Origin: Raillietiella orientalis
Lineage: Eukaryota
Assembly: GCA_036172245.1 (NCBI GenBank)
Contig: JAYWIR010000019.1
Coordinates: 2,418,001-2,482,000, forward strand
Direction of reading: 5' to 3'
Length of the DNA: 64,000 nt
Both the position numbers and the translations under genes were made by a program. Within the stretch, counting starts at the first letter, position 1; every line of letters starts with the position of its first letter. Positions 38,392 to 51,010 of this stretch are shown in pieces. Below the pieces are notes generated by a model that was not told the origin of the DNA, ran no database searches, and was given only the letters and a program-made list of their open reading frames with translations.

Positions 38392-41300
38392 GTAACTGTG
38401 ATGTCTTTACAAGGAGGTTTTGGTGCTCGTCGCGCGCTTAGAGTGGGGTGCACCCGGGCGAACCTTCCGGGAAGGTGGCTGGGAAGGTCTGTCTCGGGTG
38501 TGTGCTCGCGACACGCGAAGAGCGATTCCATGGCGTTCCCTCGCCGTGCTGGAAGAAGGAACGCTTCGCCCGTTGCCTGGTGGTGTCTTTTTATCTTGCG
38601 GAGAGATCGCGTTTTCGAAATGGTACCGTGTTTATTCTTCTCGGCTAAAAAAAGCCACCATTTTCTCTCCCTTGCGTAACTGTTCGATTTTTTTTTTTTT
38701 TTTTTTTCGTTTTTATCTCCTGAAATGCGAGTCGTTCAGCCGCAGTGAAACAAATGGATATGTCTGTTTGAAAATCGCAAGGTGACGGCTTCCTTTCGGT
38801 TGCGTTTCTCGCGTTTCATAGGAAACCAATCTATGTTTAGAAAATTAATGCGATTTAGCATTGCGACTCTCTAATTATAGATTTAGATAGTGTCTATCTG
38901 TGTTTGCTCTCTCTGTCGGCTCGCATCTGCCACGAACTTCCTCCGAGCAGCCTGTAACCAGGGATCCGGCTAACTGCGCACCTAGGAAAGAGCTGCTGAA
39001 ATGAAAAGAAGAAATCCAAAATTTCATGCTCCGCGGTGTTTGGACCTTCCTGCTTTCTGTTTTGTTTTTTGTTTTTTAAATTACTGCAGCTTCTTTCCTT
39101 CCATCTTTGGAGGATTTCGCTTATGGTAACTGACTCCCTTCTGGGTGCCATGTGTTGACAATACTGACTATGCGAGTGCAAGGAGTACACTTCAGTGATT
39201 AACTAAGATTCATACGACAATTTGTTTTCTTGTCACTAATTCGTTCTTGATCCCGCCGAAATCATTCGTAAACATGTATACAAGATGAAAGGAGATTTGG
39301 AGGTTCTCCCAACTGCATAGGGAGATTAATAGCAGTTGACAGGTTACTCTTGGAAGGAAAAAAAAAAAAAAAAATAGGCTGATAGTGTTTCCTTGATTAT
39401 TTGTATGCCAGGGTGTGTTTGTGTGTGCATCCGTTTCCTCCATTCCTGTGCAAACGAAGAAGTTTTGGGAATATGTTGGTGAGCGAGGTACAACCTTGGT
39501 CCAACAAACGGACGAAGACTTTCACGAAATTCAGAGGATTATTACCGTGGTGAGGGATATTTTTTTTTTTTAGATAATGTGTCTGATGCCAAGATACAAA
39601 ATAATCTAACGACAGTGAAAGAATGCAAAGATGTTCGTGTCATCAAAACAAACGTCCGAGTATGCATATCTGTGCTGGTGTTACGGAGTGTTTGCCTGAA
39701 GACCTCGGAACGTGGGATAGGCAGAACCTTTGCACGTATCAGTGGCGATGAGAACCTATTAAGAAACGACAGCTCGGTGTTTCTAGGACCTGGAGTGATG
39801 GGTGTTCGCTTTCAGATTGCCGTGGTGTTCTTTTCTTCTAACACCCTCACCGGCGCTACTTTTTTAATGAACTGAAAACGCGCTACCCACCAGCGTGATT
39901 TGCTTCCAGAAATCGTGCCACCATGGTGTTTCGCTTGAGATTATCGTTGTGAAGAATTCATATAACAGGACCTGAATATGTACCAGAGAGATCTCGCAGG
40001 AAAGAGCGCAGCGAATTAGGAAGTCTCGAAGAACACTCGTGCGCTGATGCCAGAATAGGGGATCCTGAGGGGAAGTTTTTGCGTGTGTAAAGAAATCTTT
40101 CTTCTTCGTGATAGCATTCGCCGATAGGCATATTCAATTGTGTACCTTACTTGGTGAAAGCTAAGGTTCAGTGCGGATTTTTTTTTTTTTCAACACGCTT
40201 GAGGAGGCATCTGAGCAGCACTGGTGTGGCTGCTGAAGGCGAGCATTGCATCGTAGGATACGGCGTGCTTGTTGGACTTTTTAAACTTTCCTTTCAAAAC
40301 TCGATCCGGCCCGATTCCAGAGATTGCTCGAAAAGTTCGTGGAAAAGTATCTTCAAAGAGTAAGTCACGAAAATCTCGGGTTTGATACGATCTCAGTGGC
40401 GCGGTAATGCTTGCAAACGTTTTCAGCCGCACTTTCATTGCCAGCGATTACGACTTCGTCAGCAGAGAAAAATAAGCGCGTACAGATGAATCAGAATCAC
40501 CTTGCAGTTTTTATAAATATGGCTGTGCATGGTGTAGAACAATAAATGAGTGCCATTCCGTCATATAGGGGCGACCAGATTGCGGCTGCGCAGCACACCA
40601 AAGGTTGAATGATGATGAGTAATTACAAACCTGTCCCTGATGAAACTGTTAGTCACATGAGATCGAGAGCAAGGCATGCCTTTTCCAAGAGATTTGGTTT
40701 GTTCCGGAAATATTAATTAGCGATGTCGAATCATTGAACGGCAGACGTGGTTTGTTGGCCACTTGTGACCACGAGAAGGTGGCTAGTCACACACAGTAGG
40801 ACTGGCCAACTTCTTGACGAAGAGTAGTGTAAGTTGCGTGGAAATGAAAGTTTGTCATAATGTATCTATCAAAAACGGTTTGGTTCATGGTAATTCTGAA
40901 TCAAATCCAAAATCAAACGAAGGACATTTATCGAAAATATTATTCCTCAAGCGCGTCCTCGAGATCCAGACTAAGTTGCCCATGGGTTAAAGGGAGCACT
41001 TTCATGCATTTTCGTGAAGTAAAATACACACCCACACTGTGTGTGTGTTTTCAAAGTAAAGCCCTTGATAATGGAAACACAGGGAAAGAGCGGGTTTCTC
41101 TTGATCGAGGGTATCTGGGAATCTTGTGATTTGGCAGAAGACCCGCGAACTACGCCAGGCGCTTTGTTTGCATTTCGTTCGAGAAAAACTTTGGTAGCTC
41201 AAGTCAGAGCTCTGTCCAAAATACTTGTTTAGCGTTATAGTGTCATGCAAAGGTTGAGCTCATAGCTGACAGTTCCTTTCGGAGGTGCCAAGGTGCGCAA

Positions 41301-41699
41301 AGAACTAGGTTTATTGCACTTTCAGAGGCACGATTTTCAGCGAAGCGACACTTCCTTCAAACAAGAATTCAAGAGGTTTGGAAATGTTCAATTCCACCAT
41401 AAAATTTAACAGCGTTTGTTCCGATAGTCGCCTGAATTTCTTGGTTGCGAATTCGGAAAGAGTCCATGTTTTCTTCCTTGCAGTGGTGGTCTGCCGATCT
41501 TAGTTTTTTGTTTTTTGCCCCTGCAAGGGTCGAGAGAGACGCCTTTCATCATGAATTTAACGAATAACTAATTCCTTCAGCTGTGTTTGCTGTAGTCATC
41601 CATTGTGCCTCCTTGTACCTTGCAGAATATTGAGGGCGGCTGCTGTCCGGTGACAGTAATCAGCACGTCTGCGATGTATGGTTGGCCGACCTAATCGGT

Positions 41700-42020
41700 T
41701 CACGGTGTCAACCGGTAGACATGACTCACAGGCAACGCGTTTCCATTTTTCTCGTGAGAGAAAGTAGTGCAGAATCGAAACGAGGAGGAAACGCAGGATT
41801 CGTATCAGTGGTGAGGAGCAGGCGGAAGAAAGCTGCTCGACACAGGCTCTTGGGCGCAGACTGAGGTTTTTATCACATGTGCATCGACGGGACAGTGCAG
41901 CCGATGAAGCTGCCTGCGCAGAAACCAAAGTGTGAGAATCGGATCTTCCAAGTGGCGTGTGTGATTGCTAGTGGAAGGCAACAGCATCCCAAAGTGGATA
42001 TCTGCAACAAGCAGGAGCGC
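41700..42020 (+). mobile_element. Possible piggyBac-like transposase fragment
   Basis: HMCIDGTVQPMK...QKPKCENRIFQVACVIASG resembles xCIDExxxPxK...KPxKxGIKxxxLCxxxSG. Confidence 0.3.
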
Positions 42021-43229
42021 GGTGTTTTTGGTGTTGGGTGCGTTCTCGTGAAACCTCCTTATCATCACCGGCCCATTGTCTCTGTGAATCTCGCTTGAAT
42101 TTGAAGGAGAGCTGAGGGCACAAGAAAGTTCCACGGTTCATCCTTTGCAAACGAAAGCCTCTCAAGATGCCCGAGGGGAAAATATATATATATGGCAGAA
42201 GGCACTTCCGGGTTCTGCTCCTGTGGGTTAAGATGCTCAGGAAACGAAGCAGGTAGCTGATTCCCTGCGCAATCCGACTGCAGTCTCACAAAAGATTCGT
42301 CTTGGTTGCTCCTGATGGCTCAGTTCCGGGTACGAGCTCGAGAACGCTGCGTTCGCCAAGTGCAGTCTTCAAAGATGCACGCATCTCAGCTGCAAGGCAA
42401 CAGGCTGTTGGAATGGGGGGCCGCGCGGCGCGACTGTTACGCGAGAACCGCTGTGAGAAAGAGGGAAGAGAAGAGTTGTGTGGATCGCATGAACACGAAG
42501 CTCTTGGAAACACTTCTGGAAACCGTTTTTGAGACACGATTCATCCAAGCCCAGAACACCCTCTGGCAGGTGAAATCTGAGGACGAGGATCAACTTTTCA
42601 CCGGAAGGTCACGCGCTTCTTGCCACGAAAATATTCTGCGTGCATCAGTGCTGTACACCCCGCTAAATCCACATCACTAGCCACTAAATCCTGTTTATGC
42701 AGGCACTTTTCCCACCTCAGGGGAAAGTGATTGCAGGGCGAAAGAAGTTTGCAAGCACAGAAGCGCGTCGAGGTTGCCGCGATGGCTCCACGGAGGGGTG
42801 TCAATGGTCCACGCTCCATCCGGCATGCGGGAAAGTTCGAGACTCGTCTTGGCGGTCTTGGCCGGTGAAAATTGCAACGAGTATGTGGATTTCATAGATT
42901 CTCGAGACACTGGAGAAAATACCTGTGCTTTACAGGTTCATAGATTCTTGAACCTGTAGAGCACAGATGTTTTCTGATGATTTTGAAATCACTGCGTGTG
43001 AGACCTTGGTCCTAGAAAAGTCTCCCGTTCAATGACTGTCTTCATGTTAAAAAGGGAAAAATTATGACGTCAGACTGCATGTCTTACTACAAGCACGGCT
43101 ACATGTTGCCGTGCTTTCGTGCATTTATTATAGAAACGGCAGAACGAGAGTCATTCTTCCGAGTCGTTTCTGATGTTTTGATGTGTCGCTTAGGTTTACG
43201 GTTTTTCGGGTTCCCTCTCGGGTTCCGAC

Positions 43230-43420
43230 TGGAAGCATTTACAGGAGTGGGAAGCGTGGATGGTTATTAAGCGATGACATGAAACGTGCATCTTGCGGAG
43301 AGATGCGGTCCGCAAATGAGATACGAGGGAGAAAAGAGCAGTTACGAGTGAGGATCAGCGGAAAACTTCGACGCTACCGAATGACGCAGCTGTTGGAACG
43401 CTTAAGGACTCGAAGGATCA
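43230..43420 (+). mobile_element. RTE-like LINE 3' coding remnant
   Basis: YRSGKRGWLLSDDMKRASCGEMRSANEIRG...RI resembles YGxExWxLxxxxxxRxxAxEMRxLRxIxG...RIRN of RTE-clade elements. Confidence 0.4.
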
Positions 43421-44913
43421 TTATTTTTGAAGGCATGGAATTGGTGTGAGGACAACGTGTTGCTCCCAGAGAGCCGGTGGCGACTTGTGCCATGAGCATT
43501 ACGTGAAGCGCGATGATTTACCACAGCATGATTGATGATATCTCGTGCGAAATTGCCAAGTGCCAACCGGTGTTTGAGGAACCTTCGTAAACCATGCCGA
43601 GGAGAACCCAGCGGCAGCAACTCGGGCTCTTTGCTCGGTCAAATTCTATTTGAAGGATGAACAGGGGAGAGTTTGGTGAGAGGTTCGTTGGAAACCCCGC
43701 GCTACCTCGCAGCTGCCCAGAACAGAACTCAGCCGAGAATGGTGTGGGACTACGAAGAAGAAGAAATGTTAAGCATCCCAGTAATGATTCGGTGGCTGCT
43801 GAAGAGAAACCCTGCCCTTTTATTTATTTATTTTTTCCAAAATAATGAACCAGTTCTGATCGCTACGTGGCACCCAAGGATGGAACGGGAAATGAGAAGA
43901 GGCGCTAATTCACAGGGAAGATAAACCCTTTCTGTCGTAGACAGGCATTTGCAATAAAGGGTTAAATGGCGAGCATTTCCAAAGGATGCACTTCGACAGC
44001 CGAAGAAGCACTAGCGGGCACCGTTGGCATTAACGAAATACGAAAATTGTCGTACCCAAAAGTGACCTTCATCATGATCAGAGTAGCTTCGAGCGAAATT
44101 TTGTGGCACGCCCACACCAATTTTCGAAATGGAATTGTTGCAGCTGTTTCCAGCCGTAAACGCAGTGGTTATTAAGAAGTAGTCAGTGGAAACCTTGAAG
44201 ATTTTTTTTGCATCTCATTAATTCTGTGTACACACCCTGTGTGCCAACTGTACTGGCTTAGTGGCAAATCACCCTGGGAATCCTAAATCGGGACTCTTTA
44301 TTATTATACTCTTTATCTTACAGAGTCATTCGGCTGTTTTAGAAGGTAAACTATCTGCATGTCATTGTGCAGGGCAGCATATATGCATACATATGTATGT
44401 ATGTATATGTATGAAAGGCGTCGAATGTTTCTCGACGCTCCAAAGCAAACATTTCATTTCTGCTGCGGCAGTTCGCTTTCGCGTTTTGGGAAAATGAGAA
44501 TTCCGTCGCAATTCGGCGTGCTTAAAAATTCCAGGACCTGAAATCCTTCTCCTTAATTCCTACAGGTGCATACAGCTACTCATGTATCACTCCCAGAGAT
44601 CAGCAGCAGAACTCTCAGTTATCAGGAGAGAAGAAGATCGAAATGACATCGCAATGATTCTTGCCGTTATCATAACGTGACAGGCGCAAATAATACGAAG
44701 AAGAAAAAAAGTTTTTCAATTTTTTTTTTTTCTTTTTTCGGTATGAACACGAATAACGTATGCATCTAATGAGATGCACAATTCCTTGACTTCGTGCACG
44801 CTTTTGTGAGGGTCATGTTAGACGACAAATTTAGAGACGCTTCGCGCTCACCGGAAATTATGTGATGTTGATTTTATTCTTTGGAGGTTCCCAGCTCGCA
44901 AGTTCCTACCCAG

Positions 44914-44995
44914 TTAATTTATGCTGATCCATACATGGGACCAATCGATCATTCTCTCAAGCGCATCAGCCCTATCTACGAGGAGATCCTGGATG
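44914..44995 (+). CDS. Coding exon 4 (YAD and YEEI motifs)
   Basis: Acceptor CCTACCCAG (alternative in-frame AG gives a start at 44887); LIYADPYMGPIDHSLKRISPIYEEILD; donor G|GTAAGT at 44996, phase 1. Confidence 0.7.
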
Positions 44996-45042
44996 GTAAG
45001 TAGGATCCATCCCAGCAAATGTATTTTGATTCCATAACTCAG

Positions 45043-45338
45043 AAATCCGTGATGTCCTTCCCATGCAAGAAAGCGAGTCTTGTTTAGCTCAAGTCATAGA
45101 GAAATTCCACCGGAAATCACTGAGACGGCAGTTAGCATATCAGAGCGATCGATCTTTGCCTTCTGTCGCGGGATCCTATGTAGCATCGTGTTCCTGTTCG
45201 CAGTGCCCACATACATCCCGTAGGACGCCTCCACTGCATGTGGTTCGTTGCCCAACGTACGCATCACGGAGCTGCAAGCGGCGTATCCCAACTGCCGAAG
45301 AAGAGACGTTTTTCCTGCCGTCTCTTTCGTATAGCTGA
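45043..45338 (+). CDS. Terminal coding exon 5
   Basis: Acceptor AACTCAG; the phase-1 join gives E-IRDVLPMQESESCLAQ...LPSLSYS*, in frame with track ORF 45063..45338. The five exons sum to 777 nt (258 aa + stop). Confidence 0.65.
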
Positions 45339-45404
45339 CAGTTTGCTGTTTGCAAAGTTTAAAACATCGTTTCGCTTTTAAAGTACTAGTCTGTGTTCAG
45401 GAAG

Positions 45405-45410
45405 AATAAA
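45405..45410 (+). terminator. Putative polyadenylation signal
   Basis: AATAAA starting 67 nt after the predicted stop codon. Confidence 0.4.
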
Positions 45411-47019
45411 CCTTTCTTCACTGCAGACTCCTTCAAAATACAGATGTTCGTTAGATTTGACTGGAGCTTTTATTTCCGTGGTTGCCCGCACTCCTGGAAA
45501 TCTCTCAAAGGAGAATTTGCAGATACGACCTAGAGCGTTCCCGTCTGCCCATCTCCATGGATACGGTGATCCCACGAACCAGATCATGTCGCTTTCTGCC
45601 ACTCTAAGGCACCGTTGCTCTCTTGTTGGGAAAGCACTGTGCAGTTCCTAGCACCCTTTGTTTCTGGATCGCTAGTGACGTGTGCCTTTATCAGCAAGCC
45701 TTCTTCTCTTGAAGACCGAACTCATTCTGAGGTATTATTATTATCATTTTTTTCACTTTGTGATTTTGGGGGTTACACATTTCGTGAAAAGCGGTTACAA
45801 GAAAATCCTGAAATCACGAGTGTGTTCTCGTGTAGTCCGAAATCTAACGAAAAATCGCAACCACCCGAAGGAAAAAAGAAAAAAAAAAAGAAGTCATGCG
45901 TTCTTGATATACTTTTTGTTTGTTAGCTTGAGACGGAGTAAGCAAAAAAATCTCTCTCCCCCCCCCCCCTCGGAGGTTAAAATCTGCCAGAAACAGCACC
46001 GGTTTTTAATTTCGAAACAAGGGGGACCAGTGGATGGGATGCAAGGAATTTTCGTGCACTAGGTCCGTAATGAGATCTGAAGCACATCCACAGCATCTGA
46101 ATCCGAAGCAGCGGGAAGTGGCCCCAAACTCCTCTGGAGTCGGTCGAAAGAAAGGAGATTCCGGAAGAAGTGCGTATTCTCAGCGGCGTACCCCTATTCG
46201 AATTCTGCAGGAGTGCCATAACTACCTACAAGAAGGCTTTCAGCCGCCTTCCTCTTCTTCCAGGTGACATTTTTATTCACGTAAATCCGTCGGGCTGCTC
46301 ATGCTCTTTTCCTTTCATTATTCCAACCGTCTTTCCGATGATTGATCTGCACTCGCGTCAGACGGTGCGAAACGTGGAAGCGAGTCTTCATTTGCGGATA
46401 TAATGAGTGAGAAAAGTATTAATGCACGTGCGCAGGTAAAGTCAGTGATTTGTTGATCTCACAAATCACTGTTTTGCCGTGCGGGACGATCCCGAAGTGT
46501 CTCGGAGAAAAACTCTTCCCTCGAGGTCCTTGTCGCCCTCGCGATCCGAGCACGCTTCAAAGATCCGGTTGGGTGGGAAGGAGGAAGTTTGCAACGGCGA
46601 GGAGGTAGATCAAAGGCGATGGATCCGGCAGCTGCATCGGGCAAATCTTCAATCGGGGTAGGCTGACTCGAAATTGATAAAATGAAAGACGGGCAGATAA
46701 AATCAGCAGAGGATGCTAAAACGGATCTTCGTTGGTCGCGTTCGTCTCGCGACATTCCACGCTTCCCTAAAGAAAGGACTGCCGGAGCGGAATAGGGCAT
46801 TGGCAAGCTGCGGATGCCGTCTTACGGATAATCCCTTCGTTTTCGAATGGAGATACGACTCGGTGGAGATATCAATTTCGCGATAAATCTGCAGCGGAAT
46901 TCTAGCCTCCAGTTCTCCGTCTGAGGCATTCCGGGGCACGAAAACGAAAGCCGCCGCTTAATTAATCGAATGACGTCAGAACCCAGCCTGAAGCAGCGAG
47001 CTAGTACTCGAAGCCGTCA

Positions 47020-47600
47020 GCCTGGACGAAACGTTCCTCGTCGAAAACCACCGGATGCATACGCGTGATTGATTGGCTTCGGATACATGCAAACGATCTA
47101 GTCTGGCCCAGGGATCTGCCTATTGATTTTGGGCTATCGGGTATTACGACACTGCATCTTTCGTAGCTACCACTCTCGGCAGAGTCGAGCCGAAGCCAGG
47201 AATCCGCGCCGCTGGCGAAGACGGGATCGCAGCAGCCCTCGTGAGGATCGTGTGCCACGTTGCAGTTTCCATTCGTGGTGCAACCCGCAAATGGCCTACG
47301 ATGTGTCGGTGTACACTCTATATCGCAGGTTCCGATCTGATAACTGCGATTGCCCTTTATCCGGTGACTGCTCTTCCCTTTGTTTTTAACAGGCGATCTC
47401 CACGCGCTAATTCTCAGGCACTTCGAATCGTTCAGGACAGCGATGGTCACAGTTGTCACGTGGTCGACCCAACAACCGCGGGAAGCCCCGAAGGTGTCCC
47501 GTTTCCGAAGAGACCAGCCAGTTTCTCTTGGCGTTCCCGCGAACCGTACGGAAAGGCGAGTTCGTGGGGAAATACGTGCTCCGTGGACATGAGGTGGATG
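47020..47600 (+). mobile_element. Decayed AP-endonuclease domain of a LINE
   Basis: AVSLDETFL (LxETxL), GEDGIAAALVR (GGGVAxLVR), VYTLYRR (YRPP), LFLTGDLHA (GDxNA), VDPT and CSVDM (SxID) in canonical order across frameshifts. Confidence 0.55.
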
Positions 47601-50600
47601 AAATGGATTTTCCCCTTTCGGCGACGAATGCAAATGGAGGTTTGCGCCCGTTTTTATTGCGTGCTGAAGAGCTTGCTCCATCCGCGGAGTAGGTGCATCT
47701 TTGCTGATTAACGTCGCCGCATCGCATTCATGGTCTTCGGAAATTTTCGCAACGTCTGGTTCATGATAAATGATGAACTACGAATTTGGAGGAATAGGGA
47801 GGAAACACGGGTATCTTTGGCGAAATCGGGATGAGGGGGAATGCGAAATCTAAAGGTGTGTTGCAGCCCCTTATCTACTTGAGATTGTGTGGAGTTATCG
47901 CGCCGTGTGACGCTGGGTTGAGTACTGATAGATATGAAAATGGGGAATGCCTCGGAGTCCGAGGGAAGGGACGTTCCCGAAGCGTTGCTCACAGGTCGTC
48001 ATCGGACCAAGCACCGACGAAATGGACCTGGCAACGTGAAATGCCCGTTGCCTTGTCGACTCTCACGTAGCCGCGCGATACACCTGAAGTCTCCAAAATA
48101 CGTGGAACATGTTGCAGAGAGCCTCGGCAGGAAGGGAAGGGTTTTCGACAAGTTTCGAGGTCCTGGCATCCGCAGGAATGCCGAGCTACGGACGCTGGAA
48201 ACGGATCTCGGGAGCGCGAATCTCGCGATAGCGGGCCACGCAGGATGTCTTTCTGATGGCTTGCTACTGGCAGACTGTGTATTGGATGTTCAGAAATCCG
48301 CGTCACTACGAAACTACGAGGCAGGAGACCGGGAGGGACACTTGGGTCATTTGGGTCGGGGTGATTAAGGCGTGAACAAATCCGTCCTTCCTTCCTTTTT
48401 TTTTTTTTTTTTTTTAAAGTGCCAGGACCGATCGAAGCAGCAAATAAAAAAAATCTCTTGAGTCTTTCGGGCATCGTTCGAACACTCCTTTCGACGCATC
48501 TGAGATTCTTGACAACTGCTAGCCCAGTCAGTTACAGTCTCTGCTCTCCGATCTCCCATCATTCGTCTTCCTCGAATGGAATTCATACCAGCGAATGCCG
48601 ATGCTCTCTAGAATCTTCTCGATTCGAAGCTTTCGTTCAAGTGAGGGTCATGATGGTCGCGCTTTTTTGTTTCTTTTGTTTTCCTTCGGAACATCCGGAA
48701 TTCCTTCCCTTCCGAGGAGCCCGTCTCTCCCGATGGCTGGTTTTCTTTCAGCCCGTGACTGGGTTTACGATTCCGGGGTGCCACAAACACGAGCTCCTGC
48801 TCGACAGTTCACTCGCATGCTGCAGCTTTGTCTTCTAAGGTTACACCTAGCCGGGTGCGATCGAAGCTGCCGCTGTCTCATTCGTTCAGCAGCGACGCCT
48901 TGCAAGATTCCTGTTGCCGCGCGCATCGGTGTGCCTCCTTCCACAGAATCACCACGCATTTCTTTTTCATCCCCCCTCTCTCTCTCTCTCTCTGCCTCTC
49001 TCTCCGCTGCTGAGGATACCGCGAGGTCCTCGCTCCATTTAGCCGACGAGAGAGAAACCGAAGAAACGCGCCGAGCTCCGCTTTTTTCCCGTCCGCGCTT
49101 CCCCCCCCGTTCCTCTGTTTGCTCTTCGCTTCGGCTCCGCCTTGCTCCCTGCCACGTTTAAGAGGGGACGTGGCACATCCGCTTCGCGGTCTCAGCGGCT
49201 CAGCTTTCCGGGTTGGCACCACGCGCTTGTCGCTGCTGAGCTGCGGTGCAGACCGGAAGGGTACGCGCCTTCGAGCCACCTCGTTCCGGGACCCAACTTT
49301 CTCTTTTGGCTAGCAGGTCTGGCGTTCTCTCGCTCCCTTTGGGGCTCTCCTGGAAACCTGCGGGTTCCTTGGACGAACTTCCTCCTCGAGAAAGGCAACC
49401 TTTCGCCCCTCGCGATGATACCACGGCGCATTTTCCGCGTACTGCAACCACCCTTCGGAGGCCGAAATTTCCTTTCAGCAGTCCGCGATGGCATTCGAAT
49501 CTTTCCAATTTTCGACTTCTACTTGGGAAAGGCGCGCGCGCTGCAAGTCGAGATCGAGGCCATCATCAACATGCAGCGCAGGTCCGTTTCAGAGTTCTTT
49601 GCTCATCCACTGCCGTTTCCCTAATCAAACGTCCTTCTTCCAGGTCCCCCTCCCCCTTTTCCAAATCAATATTTTGTTTCCCTTGTAGCTGTTACGAGGG
49701 AACGCCTGAAATCACGCTCTTTTATGAGCTATTTGGATTTGACTCTTTGCTCTGTCGAGTTGCCAGACCCCGGGAACCGCCTTCTGTTTTTCTGTCCGTG
49801 TCGGTTTTGCGTGCGGTCCTCCCCGTCCTAAATCAGGGAATGTTCACGGAGAGTTGACACAATGGTACACACGCCTCGCGTGTACGCGTTTGCCTCCATT
49901 TGCATTCGAATGCAAACACCGAGCGCGCAGCAACCATCCATCCTCTTCCCCCTTTTTTAGTATATGTACAGCCGAAGCGTGTCCCCTGTTTTTGCTTTGC
50001 GGAGATTTGCCTCGTGCTCTTCGGGCGTTCGTGCGTCCCCAGACCCGCGCTGTGTTGGCCCCTCTCTCTGGCTCCCCTCTCTCCTTCCGGCCCTTCGATT
50101 CCTGGGATTTTTCCGAGGTTCCTCCACGAAAGCTGGCGACCCTTTTGACGTTTCCTTGGAGCGTCCCGAGGATGCTGCATGCTCGAGCACACTATCCCTT
50201 CCCCGACAGGTACTCGGCCTGCTTCTTGGGAATTGCTTGCTCCCTTCACCGCTTCCTAGATCCCGGGATTTCAGGTTGCTTCAACACAGCTGCCCTTAGA
50301 CAGTAGCAGACGCTCCTTTGGAGGCGAAGTATAGAGCTGGCCGCGTTCTCCTGGCGTGCCCCTTTCCAATGTCGTCGATGACCACTTCTCCAAGGTCAAG
50401 CGAAGTCCAGCATGGCCACCTTCTCTTCTCCCTGAAGGCCTTGGCTTCAACTTCAGGTCTGTTCCCGGAGGAGTCTGGATCATTCCCATCTCTGGCGGAT
50501 GGGATGCCCGGCCAGAAGGTCGACTCGCTCAGCATGAAGGAATCTGCAAACCAGTTCCTGCCCGTTGGATAGAAGAAACCCGTTTTGTTCCATTTTGTTG

Positions 50601-51010
50601 GGCTCGGATCTCCATGAATTTGTCCGTTCCTCCTGTCAGTACGGGTTTATCCCTCCCCCCCTCTCCCCCCCCCAAAAAAAAAAATAAAACCGGGACGCAT
50701 TCAGGAGAAACTCGCCTGCACCAGAGGGCGACCGACCTCGAAGGGAGCGGAACAACGAGATGCCGAGCAGGAGAGTCCATGCGATGATACGAATAAAAGT
50801 CGGGGTTGGCACCAGCGCCAAGCAGGGTCGGTGGACCCAGAAGCCACGAAGCGAAGACCGAGGGGTACCGAGGAAGGTGGGAGAATATTCGTACTTGCTC
50901 CGGACCGAAACGGAGGGAGGCCGCGAGGGACGGACGGCTCCGTCCCTCCCGACGAGGACGCGCCCCGCGGCGTTTGCGTCGGCCGAAGTAAGCCGAGGAG
51001 ACGCCGAGCT

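Noticed and set aside
45615..46610. Additional candidate 3' exons (45652, 46062, 46436)
   Set aside because: The nearer in-frame exon 45043-45338 with a stop and AATAAA already completes the gene; the phases of these candidates do not chain convincingly
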